From contig NC_045697.1 of assembly GCF_009834535.1 (NCBI RefSeq), positions 113,896,001-113,960,000 of the forward strand: 64,000 bases of DNA, read 5' to 3'. A program made the translations under genes and the position numbers. Of this stretch, positions 1-12,880 are shown piece by piece. Numbering within the stretch: the stretch's first letter is position 1; each line of letters starts with the position of its first letter. The notes beneath the pieces were generated by a model. That model had not been told where the DNA came from and did no database searches. It saw only the letters and a list, made by a program, of their open reading frames with translations. The DNA comes from Camelus ferus (Eukaryota).

Positions 1-353
1 AAACTAGTTTCTTAAAGAAAGTTGGAAGTGGGGGGAAATCTATGCTAGGTTAATCAATAAAGCCATCTACAATACACTTAATTTTTATAAGTTGAAGCAG
101 GCCAGGCATGTCATGAAAGGTAAAGTGATTCCAATCGGGCTGATTTTAATTTAAATCTTGGTTATGGTAGGCTGTTCTTGAACAAACTGCCTTTGTTTTA
201 TGAAACTCAGTTTCTTGATTTTAAATAACTGAACGAAAATAAGCTTATCCACATTGTTAAGAGGTTTCCGTGAAACAAAAAATGACAACCCCACTATGTG
301 CAAGGCACAGAGTAGATACTAATTCTGTTCCTCACTTGCTTAGTTTAAAGCTT

Positions 354-392
354 AAACTGACACATTGTAACTGAGTATAATTCTATAAAAAA
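354..392 (+). mobile_element. Extreme 3' tip of a LINE-1 (~40 bp)
   Basis: ACTGACACATTGTAACTGAGTATAATTCTATAAAAAA closely matches the terminal bases of the L1 copy at 11,684-11,984 (ACTGACACATTGTAATGGACTGCACTTCAATTAAAAAA). Confidence 0.55.
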
Positions 393-1249
393 TTGCATTG
401 CAAAAGATTTAAATAACATATGAGATTTGTACATAAGCCCCACAAACAGGCAATTAGGTCTTTAGATATTAGTCTTATTTTTTCTTAAAAGTGGATACAT
501 CAAGTTAGGGGAATATCATTTTAAAGAAGTCTCATTTAGTCTTAAATTAGAAAAAAAGAAATATTGATATAGTAAATGGCTGGACAAAACCAAAGACATG
601 ATGTTTGTACTAGACTAATCAGAAGACAATAAAAATAAACATTACTGGTATCTAGGATAAATTATTGGCATTCAACCTTCTACCATGTTCCAATTGACAC
701 TTATCCCATTTATATGTCAGATATGGGTCAAAACAGAATCTGATTCTATTAAAATTAACAACTGATTACTGAAACACTGGTTAAAATGTTAAAAAGCTGA
801 TTTTTATCAGTCAGTATCAATATATCCTGAGAGATTATCTGCAGTGTAGAATGATTAAAATGCGTATTGTCATGTCATAAAATAACCAATTGAAGAAAGG
901 GTTGACTGTTTCGTTAATTGAAACATTAGATGAAAATATCATATTTTGAAACTGAATTAATTTTTCTCCCTCCTAGGCTTTTTTCAGTGACAGCTCTAGT
1001 AATACTCAGGTAGTGTCAGAATAATGTATACAGTTAAATAGTAAAAGTAAGTGGCATGAATATTATGAAATTGGATTTTCTATTTTTTGCCTCTTTAAAA
1101 ATTTTAAACGAATACTCTGGACATATTAGACTAACTTAATGGCCTTTGTAAAGATTAGATATTATGAAAATCCAGTCTCTCTTATGGAGACCACAGCATC
1201 TACAGCATGCAAAGATGAACCTGACTAAAGTTATAAAAATACAGCTAAT

Positions 1250-2790
1250 CAGTTTGGAAAATACAAATACGAGAGAAAATGCAGTCACTCCCTTCTTGCA
1301 TTCTCCAGTCTCTTGGCTGCGAATGCCTTCTAAACTGGGAGAAGTCATCATTTTATATCTCTAGCCCCAACTCCCCCTGAACTCTAGGCTCCTGTATCCA
1401 ACTACTTACTTAACATCTTCACCACGATGTAATCTCAGGCATCCCGTGTCCAAAGCAGAACTCCCCTCTTTAAACCTGCTTATCCTTCAGTTTTCTCAAT
1501 TTCAGTAAGTGGCAATGTTTTCTATCAGCAGTTTATGCCCAGGATTTTAGAGTCCTCTTTGATGCTTCTTTTGGTGCATTCATATGCAATCCATTAGGGA
1601 CTGCTGCCAGCTCTTCCCTGGTAGACATCCACTATCCAACCCCTTTCCAGCCCTTCTGTGTTCACTGCCATATTACTTCACCTTTGAATTCTTGTGTTCA
1701 CCTTCTAATCGATTTCCCTTCTTCTGTCTTGTCCAACTGCCATCTGCATGTAAAACAACAGCCTAGATGTTGCAAAATATAAATTATAATATGATCGGTC
1801 CTTTGCTCAGAACTATCTAATCCCACCAGTAGGACACTTGTAGTCAATGTTAGATTGATTCAGCTTGGTGTAGGAAGAGAAAGTTTACATCAGAGTGTCT
1901 GTAAGTGTCGGAAAGACAGCATTTATGTGGAGGGTCTAATGATGAGATTTTAAGGAGGAATTTAAAAGGCAAGGGTCTTTTTGGATTAGATACTCTTAAT
2001 TCGCAGGGCAGGTCAGCACTGGGTAGCTTGCTAATCTTTGTTCAGAAAACAAGAAGAGCGATTTGGGGCTGGTAAGAAAGAAATCACATTTAAGGAAAAT
2101 GTGGTTATTTTGTAACTATGATGTGGTCTTGACTGTGTTCTTCTAGAAACAGTGTTGATGAAAGAAAGGACAGATTGTTTTCTGAGAAGACTGATTTTCA
2201 CCTTCTCAGAGCCCATGAACATCACTCGTTTTAGGCAAAATCCAGTTATCACAGTGAACTACAAAGCCTTAGTAAATTTCATCACATGTCTCTGACCAAG
2301 TTTATTCCTACTACTTGAATCGCTCTTTTTATAGACACTCGCCTCTGCTTTTTCTGCGCAACCAGGTGTGCCTCATCTTGGTGTCTTTATATTTGATGTG
2401 CTTCTGCCTGGCATCTTCAGGGTCTGTGGAGAGCTCACTTAGTCTCCTTCACATCTTCATTCAAAGGGCACATTCTCAGCACTGCTTTCATGGCCACATT
2501 TGCATTTTAGCTTTGCAAATGCCACCCTACAGACATTCTTTAGCCCCCTTTCTGGCTATATTTTTGTTCTCATTAACACATCACACAACGTAGCTTGCTA
2601 TGGACTTCATATATATATATGTATGTTAGTTTATATATTTATATATAAAAATGTTAGTTTGTTTACCACCTCCTTATTTGCACTAGAATCTAATTTCCAT
2701 TGAGACAGGTTTTTTCATCTCTCTTATTCACTGATGAGCCTCTCGTGCCTAGAAAAGTGCCAAATGCAAAGTAAAAGTTCAATAAAGGTA
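1250..2790 (+). mobile_element. Ancient LINE-2 3' region, interrupted by an LTR-like insert
   Basis: Pyrimidine-rich L2-like motifs (ATCTCTAGCCCCAACTCCCCCTGAACTCTAG; GTGCCTAGAAAAGTGCC...GTTCAATAAA) recognised from memory. Boundaries approximate. Confidence 0.6.
1839..2263. mobile_element. Possible old solo LTR (ERVL/MER-type) within LINE-2
   Basis: A 425-bp segment beginning TGTAGT and ending ACTACA (inverted termini, TG...CA) splits the L2. No clean TSD is visible. Confidence 0.4.
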
Positions 2791-4094
2791 TGTGCCAAGG
2801 AAACAGTGGGCAGCACATTGTTTTCTCTGAAACTTAATCACATATGTAAATTTCAAGAGGTTAAGGTAATGCCTTTTTCTGCTTTAATGTTATTGTCTGT
2901 GATCATTTAAACAATGATGGACTTTTTTTTTCAGCAGTACACTAAACCTGAAATTAGATTAAGAGAAATAGTCCAAACAAGGTAAATACAAAATGCCTTA
3001 AGGAGTTTAAACTGAACTTTGTGGATGGGAATTTTAGGAGATGAAAGTGCATAAGGAGACTGAAAAAAATCTTGATTGGCTTTTGGCTTTTATCTTAGAG
3101 CCGTAACAATGGACAGTGTTCGGTGGTCTTAAATGCAGAGATATTTTTTGATAGGTACATTAAAATATAAATTGACAACCATGTGGAAAATTATTATAAA
3201 AAAGTAAGATGGGACATGATCACTGCTTGCTGATAGAAGTGTTTGAATTTCCTATTAGCCAAACTGTAGATACTAGTCTTAATCATATGAAGTGCACAAC
3301 AAAGACTAAAATTTCGCAACCTTGATACACATGGGATTTTGCCATTCCCTGTAGGATATTTCAGTGATGGATATTTATTGTATTATAAGTTAATCACAGA
3401 TTAGGTTCCAGAAAATAAGTTTTCTGCTTAGACTTGAAGAACATATCCTCATGCAAGGACCACATCACTCTTTACCATTGATTGTGTTTTTTAAATATAC
3501 ACAAAGAAAACTTTTGAATCACTAAATGTCAATGCTTGTTTGTTCATGCACATTTGTGCTACTGATTTTACTCCTTCGGAATGATTAAATGTGCATGTTT
3601 TTAAACTAATCATTTTATATCTTTAATAAATTCTAACCAGTTCCAAAATCAGTAGCCTAATAAGAACGTATACCTGCAATTCACTAATAAACAGAGTTCC
3701 CATTATATCAGGCAAAAAAAAGAGAAAAGAGAAAGCCATTCACAAAAGATGCCCAGGCTTTCAAGCTTGGATCAAACCACCCTGGGAGCCGAAGACCTGA
3801 ATAAAGTCTTTAACATGTCAAATAAAATACCACCTCAAAAAGATCAATATGAGCAAAACACTCATTAGCAGTAATGAGACTCTAGTGTAAACAGCTTTAA
3901 ATAAAACAGGAAAGGGCACCAAAACCAAGGAAAGAAAAGTTGGGACCTCTTACATAGATCCCTATGATTCAAATTCCCTTCCTGGTCAAAAGGAAGAGAC
4001 TGGTCTTTGGCTCCTCTGAAAAATCTAGCCATGCAAGTGGTTAAAGTTTGTTTCATTTAAAAAATACACTTGAGGGGGAGGGTAGCATAATTTT

Positions 4095-4200
4095 GGGGGG
4101 CTTAGGGTATAGATCAGTGGCAGAGTGCATGCTTAGCATGCACAAGGCTCTGGGTTCAACCCCCAGAAACTCCACCAAAAATAAATAAATAGGTAAATAC
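4095..4200 (+). mobile_element. tRNA-derived SINE, camelid Vic-1 type
   Basis: GGGTATAGATCAGTGGCAGAGTGCATGCTTAGCATGCACAAGGCTCTGGGTTCAACCCCCAG contains Pol III A/B-box-like motifs and is followed by an AAAT-rich tail. Aligns with three other copies in the window. Confidence 0.85.
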
Positions 4201-4204
4201 ATAT

Positions 4205-6120
4205 ACATATTTTCTTATCCATTCACCCATCAATGGACACTTTGTTTCCATATATTGGCTATTATAAATAAGCATGCAATGGGCACTGGTGTTTATGTAT
4301 CTTTTAAATCAGTGTTTTGGTTTTCTTCAGATAAATATCCAGACGTGGAATTGCTGGATCATATAGTAGTTCTATTTAAAAGTTTTGATTTACAAAAAGG
4401 AAATATTTTGATTTCTATTTCATAGTGATCATTTCGGTTGAGAATCTTTTCATATTTTTACAGTTGGTCCATCCTCATTGGAGAAATGTCTGTTAATACC
4501 TTTTACCCAAGTTTGAACTGAGTTTCCTTTTCATTTTTGAGTTGTATTTGTTCATTATATATTCTGGATACCAGCACCTTACAAGATAAAATTTGCGACT
4601 ATTTTCTCCCATTCCATGGGTTATATTTTCACTTTCTTTTATCCTGGGAAGTACAAAAATCTTTTTAATTTTGGAAGAGTTGAATTGACCTATTTATTTG
4701 TCACTCTTGTTTTTGGTGTCATATCTAAGATACCATTGCCACATCCAAGATCATGAAGATTTATTCTGAGATTTTCTTCTAATAATTTAGTAGCTTTAGC
4801 TTCTATACTTGGATACATTATATATTTTGAATTAATCTTTGCACTTGGTCTAAAATGCAAATACATGTATAGGTCCAGCTTCATTTCTTTGCATGTGGAC
4901 ATCCAGTTGCCATCACCATTCGTGGAGAAGACCACTCTTTCTACACTGAATTGCCCTGGTACCTTAGACAGAAATCAATCGACAGTAATTGTAAGGGTTT
5001 ACTTCTTCACTGTCAACACTGTTCCGTTGATCTATATTCTATTCTTAATCTAGATCCACATTGTCTTGATTACCACAGCTTTATAGTAAGTTTTGATACC
5101 AGGAACTGTGAGTCCACTTATTTTGCTCATTTTTAAGGTTGTTTTGGGTATTCCTGTTTCTTTGTATTTCCATATACATTTTAGGATCAGTTTTTTTTTA
5201 ATTTCTACAAAAATATGTTTTATGATTTAAATCATTTCAATTTAATGTGGCTTTTTAGAGGTCTAGCAGTCTGGTATATCCTCATTACTGAACCAAATGT
5301 GGGTACACTTGGACCAGGTACAGTAAAGCCAATCTACTGACACCAGATTGTGGTGAAGGAAAGTACAGTGTTTATTGCAGGTGTCTAACGTGGGACCAAG
5401 AAAGGACAACAGGCAGCTCATGATGGCTTTAAGGGGAAGATTTGGAAAGGCAAGGTGAGGGAGAGGGTCGAACGTTGCCTAATCAGCTCATGGACCTTCT
5501 GCTGACTGATTGGTGAGGAGGTAACCAAGCGGTATCATCTGAGTCAACATCATCAGCCTTCTGGTTCCAACGGGTCTGGGGTATGTGTTCTCATGATCAT
5601 CACCCATCTGGTGAGGCTGTAGTACCTGCAAAATGATTCAAGGACACCACTTGGAATATTATCTCTAGCCCTCGAGGAGGAGGTAAAGGTCCTTGACCCT
5701 GGTTTATGGCTAAACTACTATTATTTTTTCTTGCTTGACCATTTTCCTTTGTTTCTCCATTTTCTCACTTATCTAATTAAATTTGCTCCTTGGAATTCAG
5801 GGAAGACCTAGGAGGTTAAAGCTTTTCTATAAACAAGATGAAGGAGACACCATGTGGGTCTGTTCCCAGGAAAGCCCGGAATGGTCCTGCTTGGTTTCAT
5901 CTTTAAAAAATGTTCCATGTTGAATTTGGGAAGAATTCATTCTTTCCTGTTTCTATGTTGAGTGTCCCATAGATTTATGTGAATTCCTTTTGGTTTAGAG
6001 TTTTGCCTAATTCTTCTATTTCCTTGATACCTACTGTCTAGTTTTTCTATCCATTATTGAAAAGAGGTATTTAAGTCTCTAATTATTATTATTAAGTTGT
6101 GTATTCCCCTTTTCAATGGT
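4205..6120 (-). mobile_element. Old, decayed LINE-1 ORF2 fragments (internally deleted, split by an LTR)
   Basis: Antisense L1 motifs (GGAATTGCTGGATCATAT, TTTTCTCCCATTCC, GTGTCATATCTAAG). The minus ORF 4,690-4,935 resembles a degenerate L1 ORF2 C-terminal region (WMSTCKEMKLD...KINSK...KLLEEN). Confidence 0.8.
5283..5899 (-). mobile_element. Solo LTR, ERV1-class (617 bp)
   Basis: The minus strand starts TGAAACCAAGCAGGACC. There is a minus-strand AATAAA at 5,371-5,376 near the 3' end and a 4-bp TSD TCCT (5,279-5,282) / TCTT (5,900-5,903). L1 sequence resumes on both sides. Confidence 0.75.
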
Positions 6121-7419
6121 GGCAAGGCTAAAATATGTTAGTACTTTATAATGGATCAGAAGAATAAGCAATCATTGGCACCATGGTGTTGCTATGTTTG
6201 TTTGATGGATCAGATAACACTTTTCAAAAGTTGGGTTTTTTTTTTTTTTTTTGCTTCTATCTTAAAAAGAAATCCTCTGAAGAGCATCTAATGTGGTCTG
6301 TTTTTGAACTCAATGTTCATCAGTTTTTTTAACACCTTGATTATCTAAATCTACCACTATTATGGCGTAAACCTCAGGTTTCTGTAAACCACATCATTAT
6401 TTTTCTAAACTGGACTTTTATAAAATAAAACCAATTACCCAAAAAACAAATAAGAGTACTCATTTGATTTACTCAGTTAAAAGGTGCATTCCTGATCATT
6501 TCTGGACCTTATTCCTCATTCAAGAGCCCTTTAACTTCCCTAATGCTGCGACATTTCTTCATTCCTGCAGAATTCTAAACTTTTAATTCAGTTTTGAAAC
6601 ACGTTTATATCAATATGAACCCTCCTCATCTTTTTTAAGAATTGGTGTTATGTTTACCTGGCATAATTTTCTTCTACCTCTCCACAATAACGAACATAGT
6701 TTTAGTAATGGATATCACTTGCAACTTCTTTTTAAGGACACTATAATGTAATTTTATAAGACTAGAGTCTTGAACTAATTTAGAAGAATGATTCTCTCTT
6801 ACAACCTCTTTACAAGTGTAGACTTTAATTCCTACAAATCTATGCTAATTCTACACTTTTGAGCCTGCATATCATTCTTCTAGATGAAGAATGTAACTTA
6901 CAATTGGAGTTGAGGAGGGAAAGTTCTAGAAAGTTGAATAGTGAGAAAGTTGAAAAGCTTTCCTTCTTTTCCTTCTGTTTACTACTTTTTCTCCTGATCA
7001 ACTTTATGAAAATATTTTTAATGAGAAATTTCAGTCAAAAGATGAATATCTTCACTGCTCATTTAAGAGATTCAAGCTCAAAAAAAAAAAACTTGCAAAA
7101 CTTTGAGATTATCACCTTTTTAGTACTTCATAGTTTTAATAAGTGTTATTAACAATTAGGGTTAAAATAACTAAAAACATTCATTGTCACTTTTTTTTTT
7201 TAAAGTAGAAATTGCATGGCACACAATTAAAGGAACAAGTCTGTTTTATGATTTCTGATGAGTCTCTAAAAATAGCCAGATTGCTGTTTGGTTGATGATG
7301 TTGATACACAGGATTTTATGAATGAATGAAATTGGAATCATTATCCATGCTAAAGAAGCTTTTCCTGACAGCTGTTTAGACAATTTCCCAAATGGAAATA
7401 GTATTATTTAAATTATTTA

Positions 7420-7955
7420 TTTTTAAGTTTGTACCTCCTATTCTCCCTTACCTATTTCTCTCCTCCCTCCCCTTGGCAGCCGCCAGTTTGTTCTCTGTAT
7501 CTGTGACTGTGTTTCTGTTTTGTTCATTTGTTTTGTTTTTTAGATTCTACATACAAGTGAAATCATACAGCATTTGTCTTTCTCCACCTGACTTATTTAA
7601 CTTAGCATAATGCCCTCAAGATCCATCCATGTTGCAGCAAATAGCAGTATTTCATTCCTCTTTTAAGGCTGAGTAATATTCCATATATATACTGTAATAT
7701 ATATATAAAACACATCTTCTTTATCCATTCATTTATGATGGGCACCTATATTGCTTCCACATTTTGGCTATTGTATATAATGCTGCAGTGAAAATAGAGG
7801 GTATTTTCTAATTAGTGTTTTCATTTTCTTTGGATAAATATCCAGCAAGGACGTTTCTGGACCATATGGTAGTTATATTTTTAATTCTTTGAGGAAATCT
7901 TCATACTGTTTTCCATAGTGGCTGAAACAATTTACATTTGAACCAACATGTCAGT
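7420..7955 (-). mobile_element. LINE-1 3' end fragment (ORF2 end plus part of 3' UTR)
   Basis: TAGATTCTACATACAAGTGA, ATCCATCCATGTTGCAGCAAAT and GGCTGAGTAATATTCCAT are antisense to the 3' end of the young L1 at 31,600-32,000. Confidence 0.85.
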
Positions 7956-7959
7956 ATGA

Positions 7960-8770
7960 TCACCCAGTTTTGGAGGGATGATAGATACAAAGATGAAAGA
8001 GAGAGAGAAGGAGAGGATAGATAGACAGAAATATGCATATGGATAGGCACATAAGTATAGAAATACAGATGAGTGCATATGTGTGGTTAGAATATGTACA
8101 TATACTTCCTAGCCACTGAGAGGACCTGGAAGTAACGACTCTCAAAGCAACATTATGTTTAAAAAAAAAGAAAACAAAATCTTGAATATCTTGCAGAAGT
8201 GGTTGATTGCAGGGCTGAGACAGAAAATATACAGGATGGACATGAAACACATTGTGGTGCCATGATGGAAAAAGAACTAGAGAAGGAAGGAAGAAGGGAG
8301 GAAGGGAACGAGGGAAGGAAGAAAGAAGAAAATGAAGGAGGAAGGAGGAATAAAGTGAAATAAGAGAGAGGACAAGTGAAGGGAACATGGTAAAAGAACA
8401 AAGCACACATCTGCAAGAGCTCTTTATGGCCAAAGGTAGAAGAGTTTGACCTCCATAAAATAATTACATAAAAGTAGACGTTTTCAGATCATAACCCATA
8501 GAGTACGAGAAAGAAAGGAACATAGAGTCCAGATAGGATCCTAGAACAGAAAAAGGAAGTCAGTGGATACACTGGTGAAATTCAAATAGTGCCTGGATTA
8601 GATCATAGTGTTACACAAGTGTTAATTTCCTGGTTCAGATAATCACACTACAGCTATTTAAGATGACAATACCAGGGGGGTTTTGATGACGTATTTATGA
8701 AAATTCTGCACTGTTTCTGCCACTCTTCTGTAAGTCAGGAATTAATTCAAAATATGAAGTTAAAAATAAA
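7960..8770 (+). mobile_element. Ancient LINE-1 3' UTR (L1MC/L1MD-like) containing a purine-rich low-complexity tract
   Basis: GGATCCTAGAACAGAAAAAGGA...GTTAATTTCCTGGTT...CTTCTGTAAGTC...TCAAAATATGAAGTTAAAAA. GA-rich tract at ~8,270-8,400. Confidence 0.55.
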
Positions 8771-9339
8771 GTCAAAAGGAGGAAAAAAGGAGAAGGCACA
8801 AATCTAGGGAGGAAACTTCAGTTTGCATGGTCTTCTTTAATGTCTCCAAGTGGCCAAAAGCCAGGTCTTTAATGAGTTCTTACCTAAAATGTATGAAATG
8901 CCCTGAGTAAATGGGTAAAAAGGGGGCAGGATCAGATATTTTGGCATACAGTGGGAGTACCAGAAAATTTTCACTGTGCACAAGGAGATGCTGGAGATGT
9001 TTATCAGCCTCTGCTTTATTTGGGGGTGGGTGAAAAATGAAAAAAAAAAAAACTGAAAAACAAGATGAAGACACAAACAACACAGAAAAATAGGTTCCTT
9101 ACCTCATGGCAATCTTCACACTAACAGAGAAATATAAAGGCAGAAGAAATTTAAAGTGGTCTCAGGTTGGTAGTATCCAAGTTCATGGCCAAGCTAGATA
9201 CTTTTAAAACATAGACTTCAAAGAATTGCCACAGGTAAATATACAAGGATCATACCAAAAAATACAAATACTTTTGGAAACAATTAACCTTGAATGAAAG
9301 CCAGCAGATACACACATAGAATGTGTTTGTTTTTTAAGT

Positions 9340-9637
9340 ATTGATACATCCAGACAGTGGAATATTATTCTGTGCTAAAAAAATAAAAAGAGTTTGTCAA
9401 GCCAGGCGAAGACATGGGAGAAATTTAAATGCACTCACTAAGCAAAAGAAGCCGATTTGAAAAAGCTACATATGAGTAATTCCAACTCTATGACAGTTTG
9501 GAAAAGTAAAAACTAAAGAGATAATAAAAAGATCAGGGGTTTGCCTGGGGTTAGGGGAGAAGACAGGAATGGGTGGGCAGAGAACAAAGCATCCTTAGAG
9601 CCCCAAGGCTACTCTCTGTGATACTATAGTGGGAATG
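9340..9637 (+). mobile_element. LINE-1 3' fragment (L1MB-like)
   Basis: TACATCCAGACAGTGGAATATTATTC...TTCCAACTCTATGACA...AAAAGATCAGGGGTTTGCC is typical of an older L1 ORF2 end and 3' UTR. Confidence 0.7.
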
Positions 9638-9838
9638 CACGTTGCTGCAAAAGGCAGTATTTTATTCTTTTTTAAGGTTAAGTAGTTTCATTGTGTATAT
9701 ACACCACATCTTCTTAAACCAATTGTCTTTTAATGGACACTGGGTTGTTTCCACGTCTTGGCTATTGTAAATAGTGCTGTCTGCATATATCTGGAAAAAA
9801 GATGAGAATTCTAATTCAAAAAGATACACGCACTCCAA
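9638..9838 (-). mobile_element. LINE-1 fragment with 5' inversion (9,638-9,780 minus; 9,783-9,838 plus)
   Basis: The two pieces align to adjacent parts of the young L1 (about 31,620-31,667 and 31,675-31,818) in opposite orientations. Confidence 0.8.
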
Positions 9839-10181
9839 AATCCCCACTGTTTTTAAAAATCAAGGCACACATGAGAATGGAAGGCAGAAGAAATTCAGAA
9901 GCAACTATGATTTTAAAATCTTTGTCTGGTCTTGCCAGCCTCACTCTGGCACCACCTGTTCATCCCGGCATCCAGATTCACTTGGCATGTTAAGAATGAG
10001 GTTCTCATAACTTTGCAAATGTGACAACCTCGGGTGGTTGCTCCTCAAAAGCCTGATCCCCAGATCTGAGGGACTATATTTTTTGGAGTCTTGAATTGCC
10101 TAAAGTTTTTTAGTCTCTCAATCTTGATTTTTGATCGAATAAATACTATACTTGAAATATATTGAGGAGATGCAAATTATA

Positions 10182-10200
10182 TGTGTGTGTGTGTGTGTGT
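10182..10200. repeat. (TG)n microsatellite
   Basis: About 9 TG units read directly. Confidence 0.9.
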
Positions 10201-11683
10201 ATTGGTTGGGTGTTGAATAACAGTGAGCAAAATCTTCAACTTTCAAAGTGAAAAGTCAAGAATGAAAATAAAAATAAAACAGAAATTTTAAATTGAGAGA
10301 AACTCAATAAATAAAAATAGAAACATAGTTAGGGATGTAGAAATTAGTACCAAAGCAACAGGTGAAAGAATAGAAATAAAATGCTTTGGTGGAATTTTAA
10401 ATGAAAGGGGAGAAGTGGACATATTTTTAACAAATCTTACTGAATTATTTAACATTTTAAAGTAAATGCATGTTATACTTCAACACTTTGATACTAGTTG
10501 TAACTAAACTAAGATAATCAATTCAGGAAACTAATTCCACAAAATAAAGTCTGATTACCTCAAGTAACAGGAAATATGATATTAAGTGTTATTACTCTGA
10601 AGACAGTTCTATTAAATTCAAGAATAAGATACTGGTAGTAGCTTTTACTAATATTTTTTGCCCTATTTGGGGAGATTTAGCCAATATTATCATATAAGAA
10701 AAATTTTTAATTTGTATTTTTTTAAAGTAGATTAAAATCATGTTATATATTACAATCATAACAATTATAAGATTACTATCTAATTATGGTTAACTAAACA
10801 TCAGTCACAGTACAACTGCAAATGCTTGTCACGTGCACATGGCCAGAGACGTCAACGTTGCCCTTACTTCAGTTGAGTCACATATATTTTCGGAACTCCA
10901 TCCATTAAGTTTCACTGTCACTTAATATACCTTTACAAAAAAGAGCATACTATGATTTGACATTGAGACAAAAAGTTATCTTGTATACAAAAAGGCTTGC
11001 AAACAGTAGTGAGGGTTTACATTTAATATAGTAAAATGGATGTTTGTCGCTTGAAAAATGTCTATGACTTTGTTTCCTCGCATGGAAAGAGATAAACTAG
11101 TCTAGGGAAACTGAGAAAAGAAGGAACACACAAAAATCTACAGCTATGTTATAGTTTGTCATTTATATATGAGCAAAAAGACCTTCTATTACAAGCCAAG
11201 TAGTTCAACTGAAGGCAAGAGAAATTGCCAATCTCTTAGAATAGATTAAAAAAAAACAGCACAGTGAGACATAGATTTGACCAATTATTTATACATCAGT
11301 GTCATCAAGAAAGCAAGCATCATTTTGTTAGAAACATCCTTGCTCACTTTGAACAGAGACTATTTAACTTTCAATAATACGTGATGCAAATGAGGGAAAA
11401 ATTATGATTTAGTCAAAAAGGAAATGCTGATAAAGTCTAATGCACATCCAGCACATCCAGAAAGTCCAGTGCCCAGCCTAACGATGCTAAAAGTGTCGAG
11501 AGCAAGATCATCAGCATGGGTTACAAAAGCCACTGCTTCATTGTGACTTTATTGCTATATTAAATTTTAAACTGCAGAAGAATGAGGCCACCTCCAAAGA
11601 TTTTATCATAAGGAGGAAAGAAAGCTTTGGATAAAGGTTGAAAAGGAAGTGTAGGTAAATGTAATTAGAAATAGTCATAGAAA

Positions 11684-11984
11684 CTCATCTACAAAACAGA
11701 AAAAGACTCGCAGACATAGTAAACAATCTTATGGTTACTGGGAAAAAGGGGTGGGAAGGGATAAATTTGGGAGTTGAGATTTACAAATGTTAGCCACTAT
11801 ATATAAAAAAGATAAAAAAACAAGTTTCTTCTGTATAGCACAGGGAACAATGTTCAATATCTTGTAATAACCTTTAATGAAAAAGAGTATGAAAACAAAT
11901 ACATGTATGTATATGCATGACTGGGACATTGTGCCGTACACCAAAGACTGACACATTGTAATGGACTGCACTTCAATTAAAAAA
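11684..11984 (+). mobile_element. 5'-truncated LINE-1 (3' UTR only, ~300 bp) with TSD
   Basis: L1 3' UTR with G-rich tract and A tail. TSD AGAAATAGTCATAGAAA (11,667-11,683) / AGAAATTGTCATAGAAA (11,985-12,001), 1 mismatch. Confidence 0.9.
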
Positions 11985-12039
11985 AGAAATTGTCATAGAA
12001 AATATAATTAGAACTATATCTACTTTATAATTAAGTTTC

Positions 12040-12880
12040 TATTCAAACTATTTCCCTCGATGAAAACTTTAGACCAAAATGGCTCAAATGTTGATTTCTG
12101 TTCAACGTTTAAAGATGACAAATCCTTATCCTTGGTCCTTGGACAATCCCATCAAGTAGAGAGGCGATGAGGACTACCAAACTCACTCACCCTCTTTTCC
12201 AAGCTGGGACAGGTGTTACAAGAAAAGACGAGGGCGGGCAGGTGGGTGGGCAGGTAATCTTTCAGAAATGCCAGTACCGAACGTTCCACCATATAATAAC
12301 ATCAATTTCAACAATGCACAAAACTATGATCTGACATGGCAAAATGGAGCTTATTCAGGGATTGAATGTTATTTTAATATTTTAAATTTAAGTCAAATAT
12401 TTCATCAGATTAACAGAATAAAAGATAAAAACCACACAATCCTCTCAATTAATGCATAAAATTCATGTGATAAAATCCTATGTCCATTCTGATTTTCAAA
12501 AAAATTTCAGCCAAGTGAGCAGAATATCCTCAATGTTTCAAAGGGGATCTACAAAATCTTACTGCCAATACTATGCCCAGTGCTACAGTTTTGAACACTT
12601 CCCCCTTATTTCTTGGGGGGAAACATGACTTGATATTTATCCTAACATCTTCTGTTTAATTATTCACCAGCAAAAACTCAAGGATAAATAAGTAGAATAA
12701 ATACAGAGTGTAAAAAACCTTGCAGATTACATGGTTGGGTGTATAGAAATCCTAAACACGTATGCAAATCTACTGCAAATAATGAGTGAATTTTTAAGTT
12801 CTTAGGATGCTAAGTCAATATATTAAAAACTCAGTTGCATTTCTGTATTTTAGAAATGTTTGAAAAATTAAATACTATAA
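12040..12880 (+). mobile_element. Highly decayed LINE-1 ORF2 RT-region remnant
   Basis: ORF 12,268-12,459 ends HQINRIKDKNHTILSINA, compared with [18 protein letters not shown] in the young L1 ORF2 of this window. Confidence 0.75.

Noticed and set aside
7960..8433. Hydrophobic 157-aa ORF and similar ORFs at 35,947-36,303
   Set aside because: Translations of GA-rich low-complexity sequence within repeats.
11442..11460. Short direct duplications (GCACATCCA x2; also near 12,898-12,926 and 54,588-54,607)
   Set aside because: Ordinary slippage duplications with no array or spacer structure. Nothing CRISPR-like in this eukaryotic window.
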